The notes below the pieces were generated by a model, which worked only from the letters and a program-made list of their open reading frames with translations, was not told the origin of the DNA and searched no databases. Of a stretch of 64,000 bases of DNA, positions 1 through 13,757 are shown in pieces. A program made the translations under genes and the position numbers. Source of the DNA: Eledone cirrhosa. Its lineage: Eukaryota. Position 1 is the first letter of the stretch. The number at the start of each line of letters is the position of its first letter. The DNA lies in contig OZ024745.1 of assembly GCA_964016885.1 (NCBI GenBank), positions 102,610,001 to 102,674,000 of the forward strand, given 5' to 3'.

Positions 1-484
1 AAAGTGGTCATGATGGTGACACAGTAAAAAGCACCCAACCCACACTGTAAAGTCGTCATGTAGGCATCATATCACAAATCACCCAGTACTCACTTTAAAT
101 GAGGTTGACATTAGGAAGGGCATCTAGCCATAGAAACCAAGCCAAAATCAGTTCTGTATGAGCAAGACATGATCACCTGACCTAACATTGCCCACAACAG
201 GACAACTCGTATAACCCATGTCAGCATGGAAAAATAAACATAAAAGAAAGATGATGATGATGATGAATCCTCTACATTACTTCATGAGTCAAACACCAGG
301 TAACTGAATGATTAAACATTGATTGTCAAATCCAGCAGGAGTTTCCTCATTATCATTGTTAGTGATACTACTGAAAATCCTGATTCTACAGAAACTCAAT
401 AGTTTAGATTTGTACCAATCAAGAGCTTAAAAGGAGTGACAAAAATAATTAACTTTGTTGTTATTAAACAGGTGTGATGGTTGT

Positions 485-853
485 CAAATTGGCAGTCATT
501 AGACTGTCAGACAACATATGTGAAGGTTGGTGAATTGGCAGAATTGGTAGATTGTCAGACAACAGATGTGAAGGTTGGTGAATTGGCAGAATTGGCAGAG
601 TGTCAGATAACATGTCTGAAGGTTGGTCAATTGGTAGAATTGGTAGAAATGTCAGACAACATGTCTGAAGGTTGGTCAATTGGCAGAATTGGTAGAAATG
701 TCAGACAACATGTCTGAAGGTTGGTTAATTGGCAGAATTGGTAGAAATGTCAGACAACATGTCTGAAGGTTGGTCAATTGGCAGAATTGGTAGAAATGTC
801 AGACAACATGTCTGAAGGTTGGTTAATTGGCAGAATCGGTAGAATGTCAGACA
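485..853 (+). repeat. 49-bp minisatellite (~7.5 copies) derived from a SINE 5' head
   Basis: Unit TGGCAGAATTGGTAGAAATGTCAGACAACATGTCTGAAGGTTGGTCAAT recurs at 681, 730, 779 and 828, with more diverged copies upstream. The last unit runs into a degenerate SINE body (B-box-like GAGTTCAAATC near 892). Confidence 0.85.
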
Positions 854-3800
854 AAATTATTTTTGGTATTTGTTTTGATTCTTTATTTTCTGAGTTCAAA
901 TCATATTAAGATAAGTTTACCTTTGATCTGTGTCAATCAAGTACTGGGGTCAATTTAATTGACCATTTCCCTCCACCCCCACCCCAACATTTATGGCCTT
1001 GTGCCTATGATTGACTTTATTTATTAAACAGGTGTTTAGAACATGAACCATTTTATAAAATTATATGGAAGATTTTAATTTAAGTGAAGAATATGACGTG
1101 AGGATTGTATCATTCAACCTTGGGCAGTCCCATACAGTTTGGTGAAGGGTTTTATAGAAAATATTTAAATACACAGATTAATTTGATTTGAATGAGTTTG
1201 GGGGAAAAATTAACCAATCCTCATTGCCACCACTCTCCCCTCCTCCTATTCATCCATTACCCTCATCATATTCATCACTCTCCTCCTCCTCCTCCTCCTC
1301 CTCATTATTCACATCTCTTCTCCACCGCCATGTCATCATCATCTTCCTTATTATTATCATCCTTATCAGAATTATCATCTCACCTATCTTCATCATTATT
1401 ATTTTTTCCATGATCTTTCTGTCATTGTATTTATAACCATCACCACTACCAAAACAACAACCACAAGCTTGATAATAATAGTACTTTCAATAGCAATAGA
1501 AGCGAAATGGTTTGACCCTGTAGCAACATTTCAATAAACAATATTCTTTTCATACCATCCTATAGGTTATATGAATAATTATTTCTAAGAATTATTTTGC
1601 CGCTGCTGCCACTAATGCTAGTTTCAATTTCTTCTATTGTCAGCAACACATTTTCTGCAGTTGGCATATCACAAGCTGAAATCTTCTATTCCATATTGCT
1701 GGATGTTTCAAAGAGAAAATGCAGCCCTCAGTACAGTGCCAATGCAAAAACAATTGCTTACATTCCCTATGTTTTAATGAAATAAGTACATGTGATGCAT
1801 GAAAAATGAAAGCACATGACCCAGTGGTTAGGGTATTTGGGCTAATATGTTTGATTCTTGAACCAGGCAGTACATTTTATCTTCTAGCAAGGCACTTCAT
1901 TTCATGTAGCTCCACTCCACTTAACTGAAAACGGACTACCAGCAGCAGCAGCTGATCATTAACCTTGCATTGGACTACTCTCCCATCCAAGGGCAGTCTT
2001 CTACTCTGAGTTGCTTAATACCACATAAAACTGGGATAAGCTCTGGCCTGATGAGCATCTACATTCAAGACAGACTTTAACTATTTCTTTTATGTTCAAA
2101 CCTTCCGGTTCTAAGGACCTTTTGGGGCTTTAACCCCTCCAATAATGTGGAAACTTGTTGAATGATCTTTGAATGAAGTTTTGTTAGTAAAACAACTATG
2201 TATTACTGTTCAAATAAGCAACAAGTACAAATAAGCATAACAGAAAGTGAGCTATTGCTATACCATTAAAGATGTAAATAGCTGTGAATGTTATTATGTT
2301 ATTATGTTTATAATAATAATACACATGTACAGTATATATACTTAAGCCCTTCCAATCCCAAAACTGTAACAAAAAGTCTGATGTATGGATATCTATTGAA
2401 TCAAATGTAGTTCTTGTCTTACATTAAGTAAACAAAAATTCAACTCCAGTAGTTTATGTATTTTATGTATTTTATGAAATTGTGTTGCTAGTGAAGGCAT
2501 GTGGCTTAGTGGTTAGAGTGTTGAGCTCACAATCCTAAGGTTGTGAGTGTGAATATCAAACCAAATGGTGTGTTGTGTTCTTGAGAAAGATGCTTTATTT
2601 CACATTACTCCATTGGCCTCTTCCTTTCCCTTGGACAACATCAGTGTCATGGAAAGGGGAGACCGGCATGTATGGACAACTACTGGTCTTCCATAAACGC
2701 ACCTTGCTCAGGCTTGTGCCTTTGAGGAGAACTTTCTAAGTCTAAAACCATGACTGAAGGAGGCCTACAATGATGAGTTATTTACTACTTATGTATGTAT
2801 AAACATAATTATTATGCATATTGCTTTTTGTGTACTTCATTTCATTTTACTCATAATCTGTAGTTCATTGATGCTGTTGTATATAACCTGCAGTTACAAC
2901 TTGGGCTATATGCTGTATTCTATACTTCTTTCACTGGATTCAGTTATTAAAATGTAGTTATATTGAGATATGACTTTCAAGAGTCTTAGTCAGTTAAATT
3001 AGACTCTTACCCCAATAATTTCTCTGGTGCTATTTTTCTATTTAACTCATAAGTTAAAAATGCAAAGTCCACCTGAGCATAAAAGGACGTGACCTATACG
3101 AAACAAAATACCAACATTGTTTTTGTTTGCTATACTAATTCTGCCATGAAGTGTTGATACACACATCCACACACACATAAAACAAACATATACGTAGAGT
3201 AGAGTGTTTCCAGTATTCTTATGTGTTGTTAAAGTCATAAAAAGCTCTCTAGAGTAGGTATTAAATTAGAAATACACCCAGTAAAATCTGTAAAGTGCTT
3301 TTTGTTAAAAATGGTTTCCAGCTATAAAGACCATGTGAAAATGGAACGTTTGAGGGAATTGTGGTCCTCTGGTTTGTCTTAGTGAGTACAAACACCAAAT
3401 AAGAACTGAATTTGACTTTAAAATCCAGTCCAAACCTTGCCAGTAGGGACAGTATGTATATAAAGATGAAGGTATACTTATACACTTGACAGACCTTTAC
3501 GGATTCTCTCTACCAAGATTAACTCGAAAGATTTGGACCACCCTAAACTATGGTAGAATACAGTGGGATCAAACCTGGAACCACATGACTACAAAATGAA
3601 CTCCTTATTATCGCAACCATGATAATAATATCAAATAATATTCAAATAACCTGATAAAAGATCAACAATTTCAAACAATGCATGCCTACACATACAAATT
3701 CTCTCAGAATGGATTGATAAAATATTTACAGTTAATAGTTTCTAAGATACTCGATTCTAAACATTGAAATTAACAAATAAATAAACAAACACAAAGAAAG

Positions 3801-4299
3801 TGTGAAATAATGTTTGAATATGTTGGATAAAAAGAAAATGTTAGCTGTTAGATCAACACAACTGAAGGTATATTTATAAGAATGTAGATAAAGTATTTGT
3901 AACAATGAAAGTAATTTAAGACATACTGCTATAGTCTATTGAACAGTGAAGTTAACTTCAACAGAAGTTTGAGTTACATAACACTTATGTACCTGGAAAT
4001 TGAAAAGCAGCTGTTATGAAATCAAATATGTCAAATGCTATCTAAACCTTTTAATAATTAAAAGTAAAAATAAAGAATGGAATGGACACTATTGATGCAG
4101 AATCCGTAAGAGAATCTATTAAAGACATTTCACTAAATTAAGAAAGTTATAGAACACAAAGGGACAGATTATATTTCATTTCCTGCAATACAAGTCAGAT
4201 AACAACTAATAGAATTCTGAATTTGATATAATCCACTATGCTACATGTTAATAAATTAATCTAATATTTGAAGGCTCACATATGCAAACACACACTGGC

Positions 4300-4378
4300 A
4301 TTACCATCATCATCATCATCATCATCAGTAGCAGCACCACCACCATCATCAGCAGCGTCATCAGCAGCAGCACCACTG

Positions 4379-4411
<33 letters not shown>

Positions 4412-4470
4412 GTAGCAGCAACACTGTCAGCAGCACCAGCGTCAGTAGCAGCAGCACTGTCATTATCATG
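4300..4470. repeat. (CAT)n/(CAG)n trinucleotide low-complexity tract
   Basis: Runs of catcatcat and cagcag; these explain the poly-S/I/M/D pseudo-ORFs. Confidence 0.9.
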
Positions 4471-4813
4471 TTTCATACAAAGCCTTTTGCGGAAGAATGT
4501 TATTGTTAGAAGACTCAAATGTGAAAAGAAGAGACAAACAGACACAAATGCACACACATATTTATATACATATGATGAGTTTCTTTATAGTTTCCATCTA
4601 CTAACTTCCTTCACAAAACATTGGTAAGACCAAGGCTATAGAAGAAAACATTTGCCCAAGGTAATACTTAATGGAATAAAACCTAAGACTGCATAGATGC
4701 AAAGCAAACTTCTTAATTACTCAGTATCTATAAGATAAAATAACTAAGACAGTGTGTATGTAAAAGAATAAGCTTATGTTCAACCTTGCTGTACAAATAG
4801 ACTCTGACTTTAA

Positions 4814-5035
4814 CCCTTCAGCATTTACATTACTCTCTATATATTATTGTATTTTCATGGTATGGGCTTTATCTTACACAATTATCTCACATAATATTGA
4901 ATCTATGAGATTTTGATATTATTTATTTTGAGAACGATAATTTAATGTCAGTATGAGCAGCCAGGTACAGCTGGTTTGAAGAGAAAGAGGTGAGAGAAAT
5001 TGTGGTCAGATACAGATGGTTTAAATGATAAAGGG
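4814..5035. mobile_element. piggyBac-type MITE (family copy 1)
   Basis: TTAA|CCCTTCAGCATTTA...TAAATGATAAAGGG|TTAA: terminal inverted repeats beginning CCC with TTAA on both sides. Homologous to the 6331 and 18177 copies. Confidence 0.8.
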
Positions 5036-6330
5036 TTAAATCTTATGACTTCTCTGAGGAAATTCCCCAGGAATGACTTGACTATCAGTTGTTTACTCCT
5101 ATGTTAGCAATCTTGACTATTTCTGTTTGTCCTAACAAAGAGAAGCAACAGCTTAAAGCTATTTATTTAAAAAATAGTACACACACACATTGACACACAC
5201 ACACACATACTTAATTGAGTTTTACACATTTAATATAGAAAGTTGAACAATTTTGATTAACAGATATTATCCTTTTCTTTCTGCTCCTGTCATCTTTCTT
5301 TTTCTTCTTGTTCCCCTATTTTTTCTTTTGACACTCTCAATACACTCATAATTAGAAGTATTTAGCCTTACCAATCAGTATTTGCTAGTGCAACCAATGT
5401 ACTGTATGCACCTTTAGACAGTTTGCATGTCAAGGTTTAAGATTAAGTAAACATGCAAAATTCGGTTTGTGATGCTTTCTGTTAAAACAATCTTGGTTTT
5501 AGTTCCATCAAATTCAATGTACATGGATAAATTTGGATTTTTATGTTTATTAATAGGTGGCAAATTTGCAGGGTCAGAGCACCAGATACCTTGATATTTG
5601 TTTTGGCTTTCAGTGATCTGAGTTCAAACCCCAACAAGATCAACTTTGTTTTTCATCCTTTCTAGGTAAATAAACAATGTACCAGACTAGGGACAATGTA
5701 TTTGAATAATTGTTAAAGGGTTTAATGGAATGCTTTACAATATCTGTTTCAGCTCTGTGCATTCTGAGTTTAAATCCCTCTTCATGCAACTAGAAAAGGA
5801 GTGATACTTCTGCCAGAAGTTGTGACTTATTTGATCTGATGATCAGCTCCTTTTCCCGTTACTTTTTTTTTATATTCTATTGTCAGCACTAAACTTTTCT
5901 CTCTATTTGATGCTCTCAATATTAAGGATGCAAAAATCAGCCTCATATCTCAAATTTGGAATCTTTGCATTATTATAGCTCAGTCACTAACTAGAGCATC
6001 AGACTTTTACAAATTATCGTAATGCTAAATGCAATTATATTATTAACAGCACAATAGCACCACTTGCTCCAGTCAGCTAAACTGCAATTATTAAAGGTAA
6101 AATAACCTGAAAATATTGACAAGAAAGTCTTTTTTTTATAAGGTATTAAGATTTTACTTCTGGATTTGCTTTGGCTAGAATATTAACTATTTATATTCAA
6201 TCACTAAGATTATGATTTATAATCATATCAATTATACCTGTGTATAAGTAGGTTATAAATGCTATGCCTCACAACCTCTGATCTTTCCTAGTAACTACAT
6301 ATATACAGTAAAGCTAAAATTGTATCTTAA

Positions 6331-6567
6331 CCCTTTAGGATTTACATTACTCTATATATACATTACTCTATATATACTCTATAATTTTCATGGTAAAAGC
6401 TTTACCTCACATAATTATCTCACATAATATTGAATCTATGAAATTTTGATATTATTTACTTTAAAAACAATACCTTAACGTCAGTTTGAGCAGCCAGTTA
6501 CAGCCAGTTTGAACAGAAAAAGGTGAGAGAATTCTGGCCAGATACGGCCGATTTAAATGCTAAAGGT
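6331..6567. mobile_element. piggyBac-type MITE (family copy 2)
   Basis: TTAA|CCCTTTAGGATTTA...TAAATGCTAAAGGT|TTAA; same internal sequence as 4814-5035. Confidence 0.8.
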
Positions 6568-7756
6568 TTAAAGACTAACTATTTTTTCTTTAAAGCCAAA
6601 AATGTTGTTGTTGAACATCTGTTGCTTCTGACAATGAGTGTTAAAGTTGTTTGGTCAATGAAACAACCTGCTTAAGGACATAATGCACCATCAGGAAATT
6701 AAACTGAAGACCTTATAATCATATCTGTCACTCAGAATTCTGCCTGTCCAACATGCTACACTGGCTTTTATCTATCGAATCTGAATGGATGATAAGTAAA
6801 TTTCACCTCAGTGAAATTTGAACTCAGAACCCAAGAAGCTGGCCCTAAATACAACAAGGGATTTTACTCAATATTTAATTCTGTCACTTGTAAACCAATG
6901 GATTTCTCTTTATATGTTAGAACATGTTAGAATGTATATACAACCCACTAAATAACTTTATTCTTGCAAAGGATTTTGTTTTCTTCAGATTATTCATTTA
7001 TAATCATATACAGAATAAAAGGCAGGTTTATATTACACTACACAATAATTTATATAAACTGATAACAATACGTGTTTTGGGAGATAAAAGAAGAATTTTG
7101 CTGATTAGGTCAAAATATTTGAATGTTTTTAACAAAAGCAGTTTGTTTTTTTCTTCTAAATCTGAAATTATATGATGAAAATCTTAGCTGAAAGATACAA
7201 ATGTAATTTAAAACTGAAAAATAAGGTTATGGAAAATTGCTTTAGATAACCAGGCAACATAGGAATAATAGGAAAATGGCAAATGAATGAGAACATTTTA
7301 AAAAAAATAAATGAGTTAATAGTTTATGCGTTGTCAGAGAGCAGAGAGGTATATTGCCATATTACCAAATAGAAACAAGTAAAGAATGTCAGAAAATGTC
7401 TCTTTAAGGGAAATTTTATTCTGGAAGCATCATTAGATTAATGGTAGGATTGGTGAAGAGGAAATTTGTAAAGGGAAAATATATGAATACAAGTAATGCA
7501 AGAGATAAAGACGTAATCGCTTTCAAGGGTTTTATTCTTTGCTATTTTAATATTGTAAGAACTTGTGAGCTCACAAACATACATGCACACATGGGATACA
7601 TAGATACATTCTTGATAATAATGCATGTATGTAAATATGATTATATATATGTAAATATATATAAGTCATTATGCATATTTTTGCATGAATCCATGTGTAA
7701 ATTCTTATACATATATATCATCATCCCCATCGTTTAATGTCCATTATTTTTCCATG

Positions 7757-7803
<47 letters not shown>

Positions 7804-8679
7804 TGTGTAAGTTTATTTATAAATAATAAATATAACATTCTTTAACTACTTTGCAAGTCTTATTGACTTACCAGTATCCCAGTTACTATCAATCATCAAC
7901 TAACTTCCGTTATTCATTGTCACTGTTATTCAAACCATCATTTCCAAACATCACAATCCATGAAATTATGCAACTCATTTCAATCTATAATATCTTTTCC
8001 TCTTCTTCTATTGCTCATCTTTCATTGTAACTACATTCCACACCTGACAGATACAATACACATTCTGTTTTCTTTTCTTTCTTTTAGTCATTCTTAATGT
8101 TTTTGTCTCTGTCAATGCTTTAAAATCAGTTTGAACTTGTTATTGATATCAGTTATGTTTGAACAGTATCATATCTTGATGGTTCCCTATCATATGTCAT
8201 AGTATATATAAGGATTAATTTCACCTAATCTTATATGATTACTTCACCCCCAATTTTCCATAGCCTACAGGGAAGATGAGGAATTATTCTCTAGATTTCA
8301 ATTTGTATTCATAATATTTCCTAAAAAATAAAATAAATATCCACACCTCTCAGATAGAATCAAGAAAGAAGTAAAGATAAATATTGATGATATTTCAGGG
8401 TCTCCTTGACCTAACATATGTCATGCCCTCACTCTCAAATAGCTCAGATTTCTCTCCATCATTCAGAGATGAATATAGTTTTTGTTAAAGTAGTCACTTG
8501 TGATATCTTTTAACAGACTTCAGCAATGCCAATGAACATATTAATGTTTCTATGTGTTAATCTAAAGAAATTCTGTTGAGAAAAGCCCCATAAGCAATTC
8601 AAAGTTAATTTCTCAATATATATTTCTCCTTCTCATTCTTCTCAATTTCATATTTTTCATTAAATAGATCATTGATTTT

Positions 8680-8846
8680 AAGGTTGGATGCCATGCTTTG
8701 CAGCAATAGGCTTATGGCCCTTTATGGTCTGGGTTCAAATCCCACCAAGGTTAACTTTACCTTTCATCCTTACAGGGTTGATAAAATAAAGCACCAGTAA
8801 TGCACTGAAATAATTGCTGGCCTTGTGCCAAAAGTAGAAGCAATTA
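8680..8846 (+). mobile_element. tRNA-derived SINE family A, 5'-degenerate copy
   Basis: GGTTCAAATCCC B-box, ttcatccttacagggttgataaaataaag core, gtagaagcaatta tail. Confidence 0.75.
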
Positions 8847-10752
8847 TCCCAGTTTGATATATGCTGGATGGGTTTACAATACCACATATTTTGTTGTAGT
8901 TTAGCCCAGCTCAGGTTTTCCATGCATTACTATCCAGCACTTCTGTCGGGCATTGTGTATCTAAAACTACAGTATCTAATATGCTCCTGCCCTTTCAAGA
9001 TAATAGGGTGAAATCTAAGAGAAGTTTGCCAGCTACTTCTAGAAAGTTAAGTATCCACATTAAGGCTCTCATGTTGATTCACATATTTCTAAGTGTTTTG
9101 TTATGTATGTTAGGTCTAAAATTGTTATATCTAACCACAACGTTTTCTCCCAGGTCTTCTTTGGTTTATGTCCAAGGCATTGTGTTTCAGTATCAAATGA
9201 TACTCTTTCATCCAAAATATATTATCCATGCATATTACATGTCCAAATGCTAGCACTACCTTTCTTGTCCATCAATAATTCTCATGCAAAACTTATCTTT
9301 CAACTGAGTTGTTATCAACATTTCTGATAAATAAATTGACATAGCATATACAATATCTCTTCTACTATCACATATATCTTAGCTGATTAGTAAATCAATG
9401 AACCACAGCAATATATATACCATACTTTAAGATGAAATGTGGGTTGAAATCACGAAATGCATCCATCTGTAGTATAATACTGCTTAGAAAATGTCTCATC
9501 CAACCAATGCCATTATAAAAATGCAGGCATGAAATACTGATTATGATGATATATATATATATACATATATATATGTGTGTGTGTATGTGTGTACACACAT
9601 ACATACGCATCATCATCATTATCATCATTTAACGTCCATTTTCCATGCTAGCATGGGTTAGATGGTTGTCCCAATAGAAGCAAGTTGGGTCAGGTGACTG
9701 TATCTTGCTCATATAGGATTGTTTCTGGCTAGATTTCTACAGCTGGATATCCTTCCTAATGCCAACCACATCTACAGTGTGGGTTGGGTGCATTTTATCA
9801 TGACTTCTACATGACCACTTTAGAGTATGGGCTGGGTGCTTTTAGTCATGACACCTACAGCATATCATGACACTTACACAACCACTTTACAGTGTGGGCT
9901 GGATGTTTTTGTGACACCAACATAACTTTACAGTGTAAGGGTGGTGTGGACATAAGTGGGAGGGTTGTGTAGGGGGCATCAGGGTTACATAGATATCATG
10001 CATGCGTGGAAGATGGACGTTAAACGATGATGCTGCTGCTGATGATGATGATGATGTATATATATGGTATGCTATGGTCACATAACTTCTTGATAGAGTC
10101 GTATGGGCATTTTAAGCCTGGTGGATCCCACCCCTCTCCAGGTATGAGTTCAGCAGATTTCTTCCAGAGAAAGATAGAAAGTGAGAGAGAGGAAATGAGA
10201 AAGAGATATAGAGGATGTATATCGACCTCAGGACTAGTCGGATACTTTTTTTTATCAACCTCGAAAGGATGAAAGGCAAAGTTGACCTCAGCAGGATTTG
10301 ATCTCAGAGAGCAGATAGCCAGAACAAATACCTTAAAGCATTCTATCCGATGTTCTAACAACTCTGCCAGTTTGCTGCCTATATATATATATATAACCCA
10401 TGCAAGCGTGGAATATGGACGTTAAACGATGATGATGATGATGATGATATATATATATATATCATTATCATCATCATCATTATCATGTTGAATAGGTTGT
10501 TACTGCCTGGGACTAGGTGGGTCATTGAACTATGTCTTGTTCATATATTCCATCTTTTGGGGATGGTTTCTAAAGCTGGAGGACCTTCCTAGTGCCAACC
10601 ACTTGCTCATGCCAACAACAGCATTATGACCTTATAGAGTGTACTGGGTACATTTGTCATGACACCAGCACAATCAATTTACAGAGTGTACTGAGTACTT
10701 ATTGTCATAGCATGAACATTACCACTTTTACCACTTATATATATATATACAG

Positions 10753-10819
<67 letters not shown>

Positions 10820-10821
<2 letters not shown>

Positions 10822-11230
10822 TGGCTGCCAACTCGTTTTCGAGTACGGCCACTACTTTACATCCATGTAGGAGAACCCCTACCGATGCGCTGAACGAGTG
10901 TGACTTTTCAGTCCGGCCAGCGACTTGAAAACTTTGGTACAAACACTACACCTGTGACAATTATTGACACATAGTGCTGGGCCCATGGTACCATGTGACG
11001 ACAAGTGCAGAGAGATCTCCAGATATAAAGCAATGCCTGTGCCGTGAAGCTTTTATAGTGAGCAAAGGCACTGCACAAAGCCATTCCCACTCTCTTAACC
11101 AAGATGATATTTACCAAAAAGAAGAACAAGTCAACATCATTGGATACCATCAGGGTTGCAGGTGTTATATCAGAGTTTTCCTTCTCCTAGAATTCTGCCT
11201 TGACAAAGGCTAAGGGGTCATCTCTCCCGA
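10820..11230 (-). mobile_element. Internally deleted non-autonomous RTE/BovB-type element (5'UTR-like + C-terminal C2H2 finger + 3'UTR)
   Basis: Minus strand starts with an RTE-type 5'UTR motif (ctaggagaaggaaaactctga). It encodes HRCSVCTKVFKSLAGLKSHTRSAHR* (C-x2-C-x12-H-x4-H) at ~10956-10878 and ends gtggccgtactcgaaaacgagttggcagccacc before (AT)n. (TA)n lies on both sides. Confidence 0.65.
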
Positions 11231-11563
11231 TATATATATATACATATATATATACATACACACACATGTGTACTACACACTCATTCGACTATATGGAGTA
11301 TGATGGGTTTAAAAAATATATATATGGTGAAGCCAGAAACTGAGTATCTGTTGGAATGTTCAGTATCAGCTCCACCACCACACACCTGCCCACCAACTAA
11401 ACAATCTCTACCAATGTTACCAACCACCACCACCACCACCACGTACCTGCCCACCACCTAAACAGAATCTCTACCACGATTATGTCACCAACACCACCTA
11501 CACCAACACCACCTAAACAGAAACTCCACCGAGAATAGGAAGCTCGTGCAATTGGTGCAACTT

Positions 11564-13174
11564 TCAAACTTGAAGTGCACGTTTCGCAGGTGCCGTCCAC
11601 TTTAGACAATTGGAGTCAATGGTTTTGAAGTCTGGTGGGCGTTTGGCTTTCTTCTCCAAGAATTCATCAATTAGATCCTGTCTTTTCAGAACTAAATGTT
11701 TTCCTTTCCAGTATTTCAACATTCCAAGTGCCTGTAATGTACTGACTATATCATTCGCATCAATGGCTGTTTCTTGACTGACATCTTTGATACATATTTC
11801 ATTGGCTTTATATCGGTGTAGATAGTTTAACAAAACTTCCTTCCAATAGCTACGGTAACTAATAAGACCAAGGTCAGAGAGGGGTCGCTCAGGTGACCCA
11901 ATCTTTTGTTCCATTCGACTTAGCAAATAACTAAAATCTATTAACATTTTGCCATAACCCTGACGCATAAACTGTGGCAGTGTGAGGATACAAGACACAT
12001 TATAACTCAAAAACGAATTTTTTTCCTTTGAAAAATAGCCAACAATGTGGCATCCACTGGAATCATTTTCAGTCACAACATAGAATAGGAAGGGCTCAAC
12101 ATCGAAGTACAGGGTTTTATGGTCCAAAAACAGTTTAGCTAGCAAACATAGATTTTGACAATAAACCCTATTTTTCTGCCCATCTACTTCGAACACTGAA
12201 GTATTGTTTTTGCGATAAATTTCATCACCAGGAGGATGTCGCCACACACATTTTGCCAGATGTCGACGTAGAATAGTAGCTGTTTTCATGTATTTTAAAC
12301 AGAATTCACAGAGGTAAACTTTTGGAAGGCGAGCATATTCATCAGGATATGGTGAAGAACACCAGGTATTCATTTCAAACCGGCCAATTTCCAACTTTTT
12401 TATCCGGTATTCCTGGATATCACTGAGCTGATAATGCTGTGTCATCTCATGTTCCATCTGTTCACATGCTCGAGCTTGAGCCTCCCGAAACAACTGTAAG
12501 TCATATTGCGAAGCAAGCCCCTTCAATAACGGCTCCCTTGTCCGACCATTCCCTGTCTTGTGTTGAAGGTGTTCAGCTTTTAGTTCATGTGTGAGGGAAA
12601 CGTTGCCTTTCTTTCTTATTTCTAGAACCTTTTGAGCTTTTTCTTTCTGTTCTTCTGTTGGTTGTTGCCGTCGAAGATCTCGCCGTTCATTCAAGTTCTT
12701 CACAATTTTCTTTCTCTCTTCAGAAGTTTTCTGTCTTTCCTCAAATCGTTTTTTACATTCATCAGCGGTGGTATTGTGGTAGAGAGGGCACCCCGATATA
12801 GTGCGATGGGTCTCATGTTTCCCTGTCATGTGACCTCTGGAATCACATCCTGGGAAAGGACACCTGGAGTTCTCATTGTAATCAGTGAGAGGTGCAGCCC
12901 GTTTCTCTGCAAACCCATAGAGTGCTTGTAGCTTGGCATTTGCAATTTTGTCTTCTTTCGAAGTTATTTGACCGTTGGCGTCACACTCAGTGTCACTGCT
13001 TGACTCAGACTGCACTCTCTTCTTCTTTTTCTTCTTCTCCACAGTGGTTTTCTGTAAACCTGAAGACCGCCGAGTAACTCTGGTTTGAGAAATATCTCCA
13101 TCTTCACTTTCCAATGGTGAGTGATCGCTGTCATCTGACGATACTTCAACTTTACTGGGCTTTCTTTTTGGCAT
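11564..13174 (-). CDS. KAT7: Histone acetyltransferase KAT7 (HBO1/MYST2/Chameau-like), single-exon CDS, 536 aa
   Basis: Uninterrupted ORF from the ATG at 13174 (MPKRKPSK; the ORF-track start is not an ATG). Ser/acidic N-terminus with a basic NLS-like KKKKKKR, and a CCHHC finger [29 protein letters not shown] domain with C2HC finger ([13 protein letters not shown]), [20 protein letters not shown], acetyl-CoA motif [13 protein letters not shown] and catalytic [11 protein letters not shown]. Confidence 0.93.
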   Translation of the reverse strand: MPKRKPSKVEVSSDDSDHSPLESEDGDISQTRVTRRSSGLQKTTVEKKKKKKRVQSESSSDTECDANGQITSKEDKIANAKLQALYGFAEKRAAPLTDYNENSRCPFPGCDSRGHMTGKHETHRTISGCPLYHNTTADECKKRFEERQKTSEERKKIVKNLNERRDLRRQQPTEEQKEKAQKVLEIRKKGNVSLTHELKAEHLQHKTGNGRTREPLLKGLASQYDLQLFREAQARACEQMEHEMTQHYQLSDIQEYRIKKLEIGRFEMNTWCSSPYPDEYARLPKVYLCEFCLKYMKTATILRRHLAKCVWRHPPGDEIYRKNNTSVFEVDGQKNRVYCQNLCLLAKLFLDHKTLYFDVEPFLFYVVTENDSSGCHIVGYFSKEKNSFLSYNVSCILTLPQFMRQGYGKMLIDFSYLLSRMEQKIGSPERPLSDLGLISYRSYWKEVLLNYLHRYKANEICIKDVSQETAIDANDIVSTLQALGMLKYWKGKHLVLKRQDLIDEFLEKKAKRPPDFKTIDSNCLKWTAPAKRALQV

Positions 13175-13347
13175 GACTTTAAAATGTTTCCTGTAGAAAA
13201 TTGTTAAAATGTTTGATGGATGATGAGACGGCGTTAGTCTGTAGAACAACCATTAAAGCCGACATCGTAGTGCAACAAGTTTCGCCAAACACAACACTGG
13301 CGGAATTTTGGTGTGACATACAGCGCCATCTTCTGTGACAACACAGA
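13175..13347 (-). promoter_or_regulatory. Putative KAT7 5'UTR/core-promoter segment with YY1-like motif and uORF
   Basis: Locally CpG-rich. Minus-strand AAGATGGCG (YY1-like) at ~13332-13324; its ATG opens a short uORF (MALYVTPK...STD*) ending at 13234. An acceptor-like ttttctacag lies 16 nt before the main ATG. Confidence 0.4.
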
Positions 13348-13558
<211 letters not shown>

Positions 13559-13720
13559 GTGAGGACCTTGGAGTTCTGTGTCTTTTGTTTGTCCTTTTTT
13601 GCTATTGTTTTATATTTTCAAAAAAGTTTTTAATACTTTCCTCTTAGAAAAATCTTTTGTCATTCTGTCTTGTTTTCATTCATCTTGTTTTCCATTGTCT
13701 TCTCTTTGTCAATTATTCTG

Positions 13721-13757
<37 letters not shown>

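Noticed and set aside
485-853. CRISPR-like array
   Set aside because: Units are fully tandem with no unique spacers, there are no cas genes, and the context is eukaryotic.
13175-13249. N-terminal extension of KAT7 given by the ORF track
   Set aside because: It begins at a non-ATG codon; the first in-frame ATG is at 13174.
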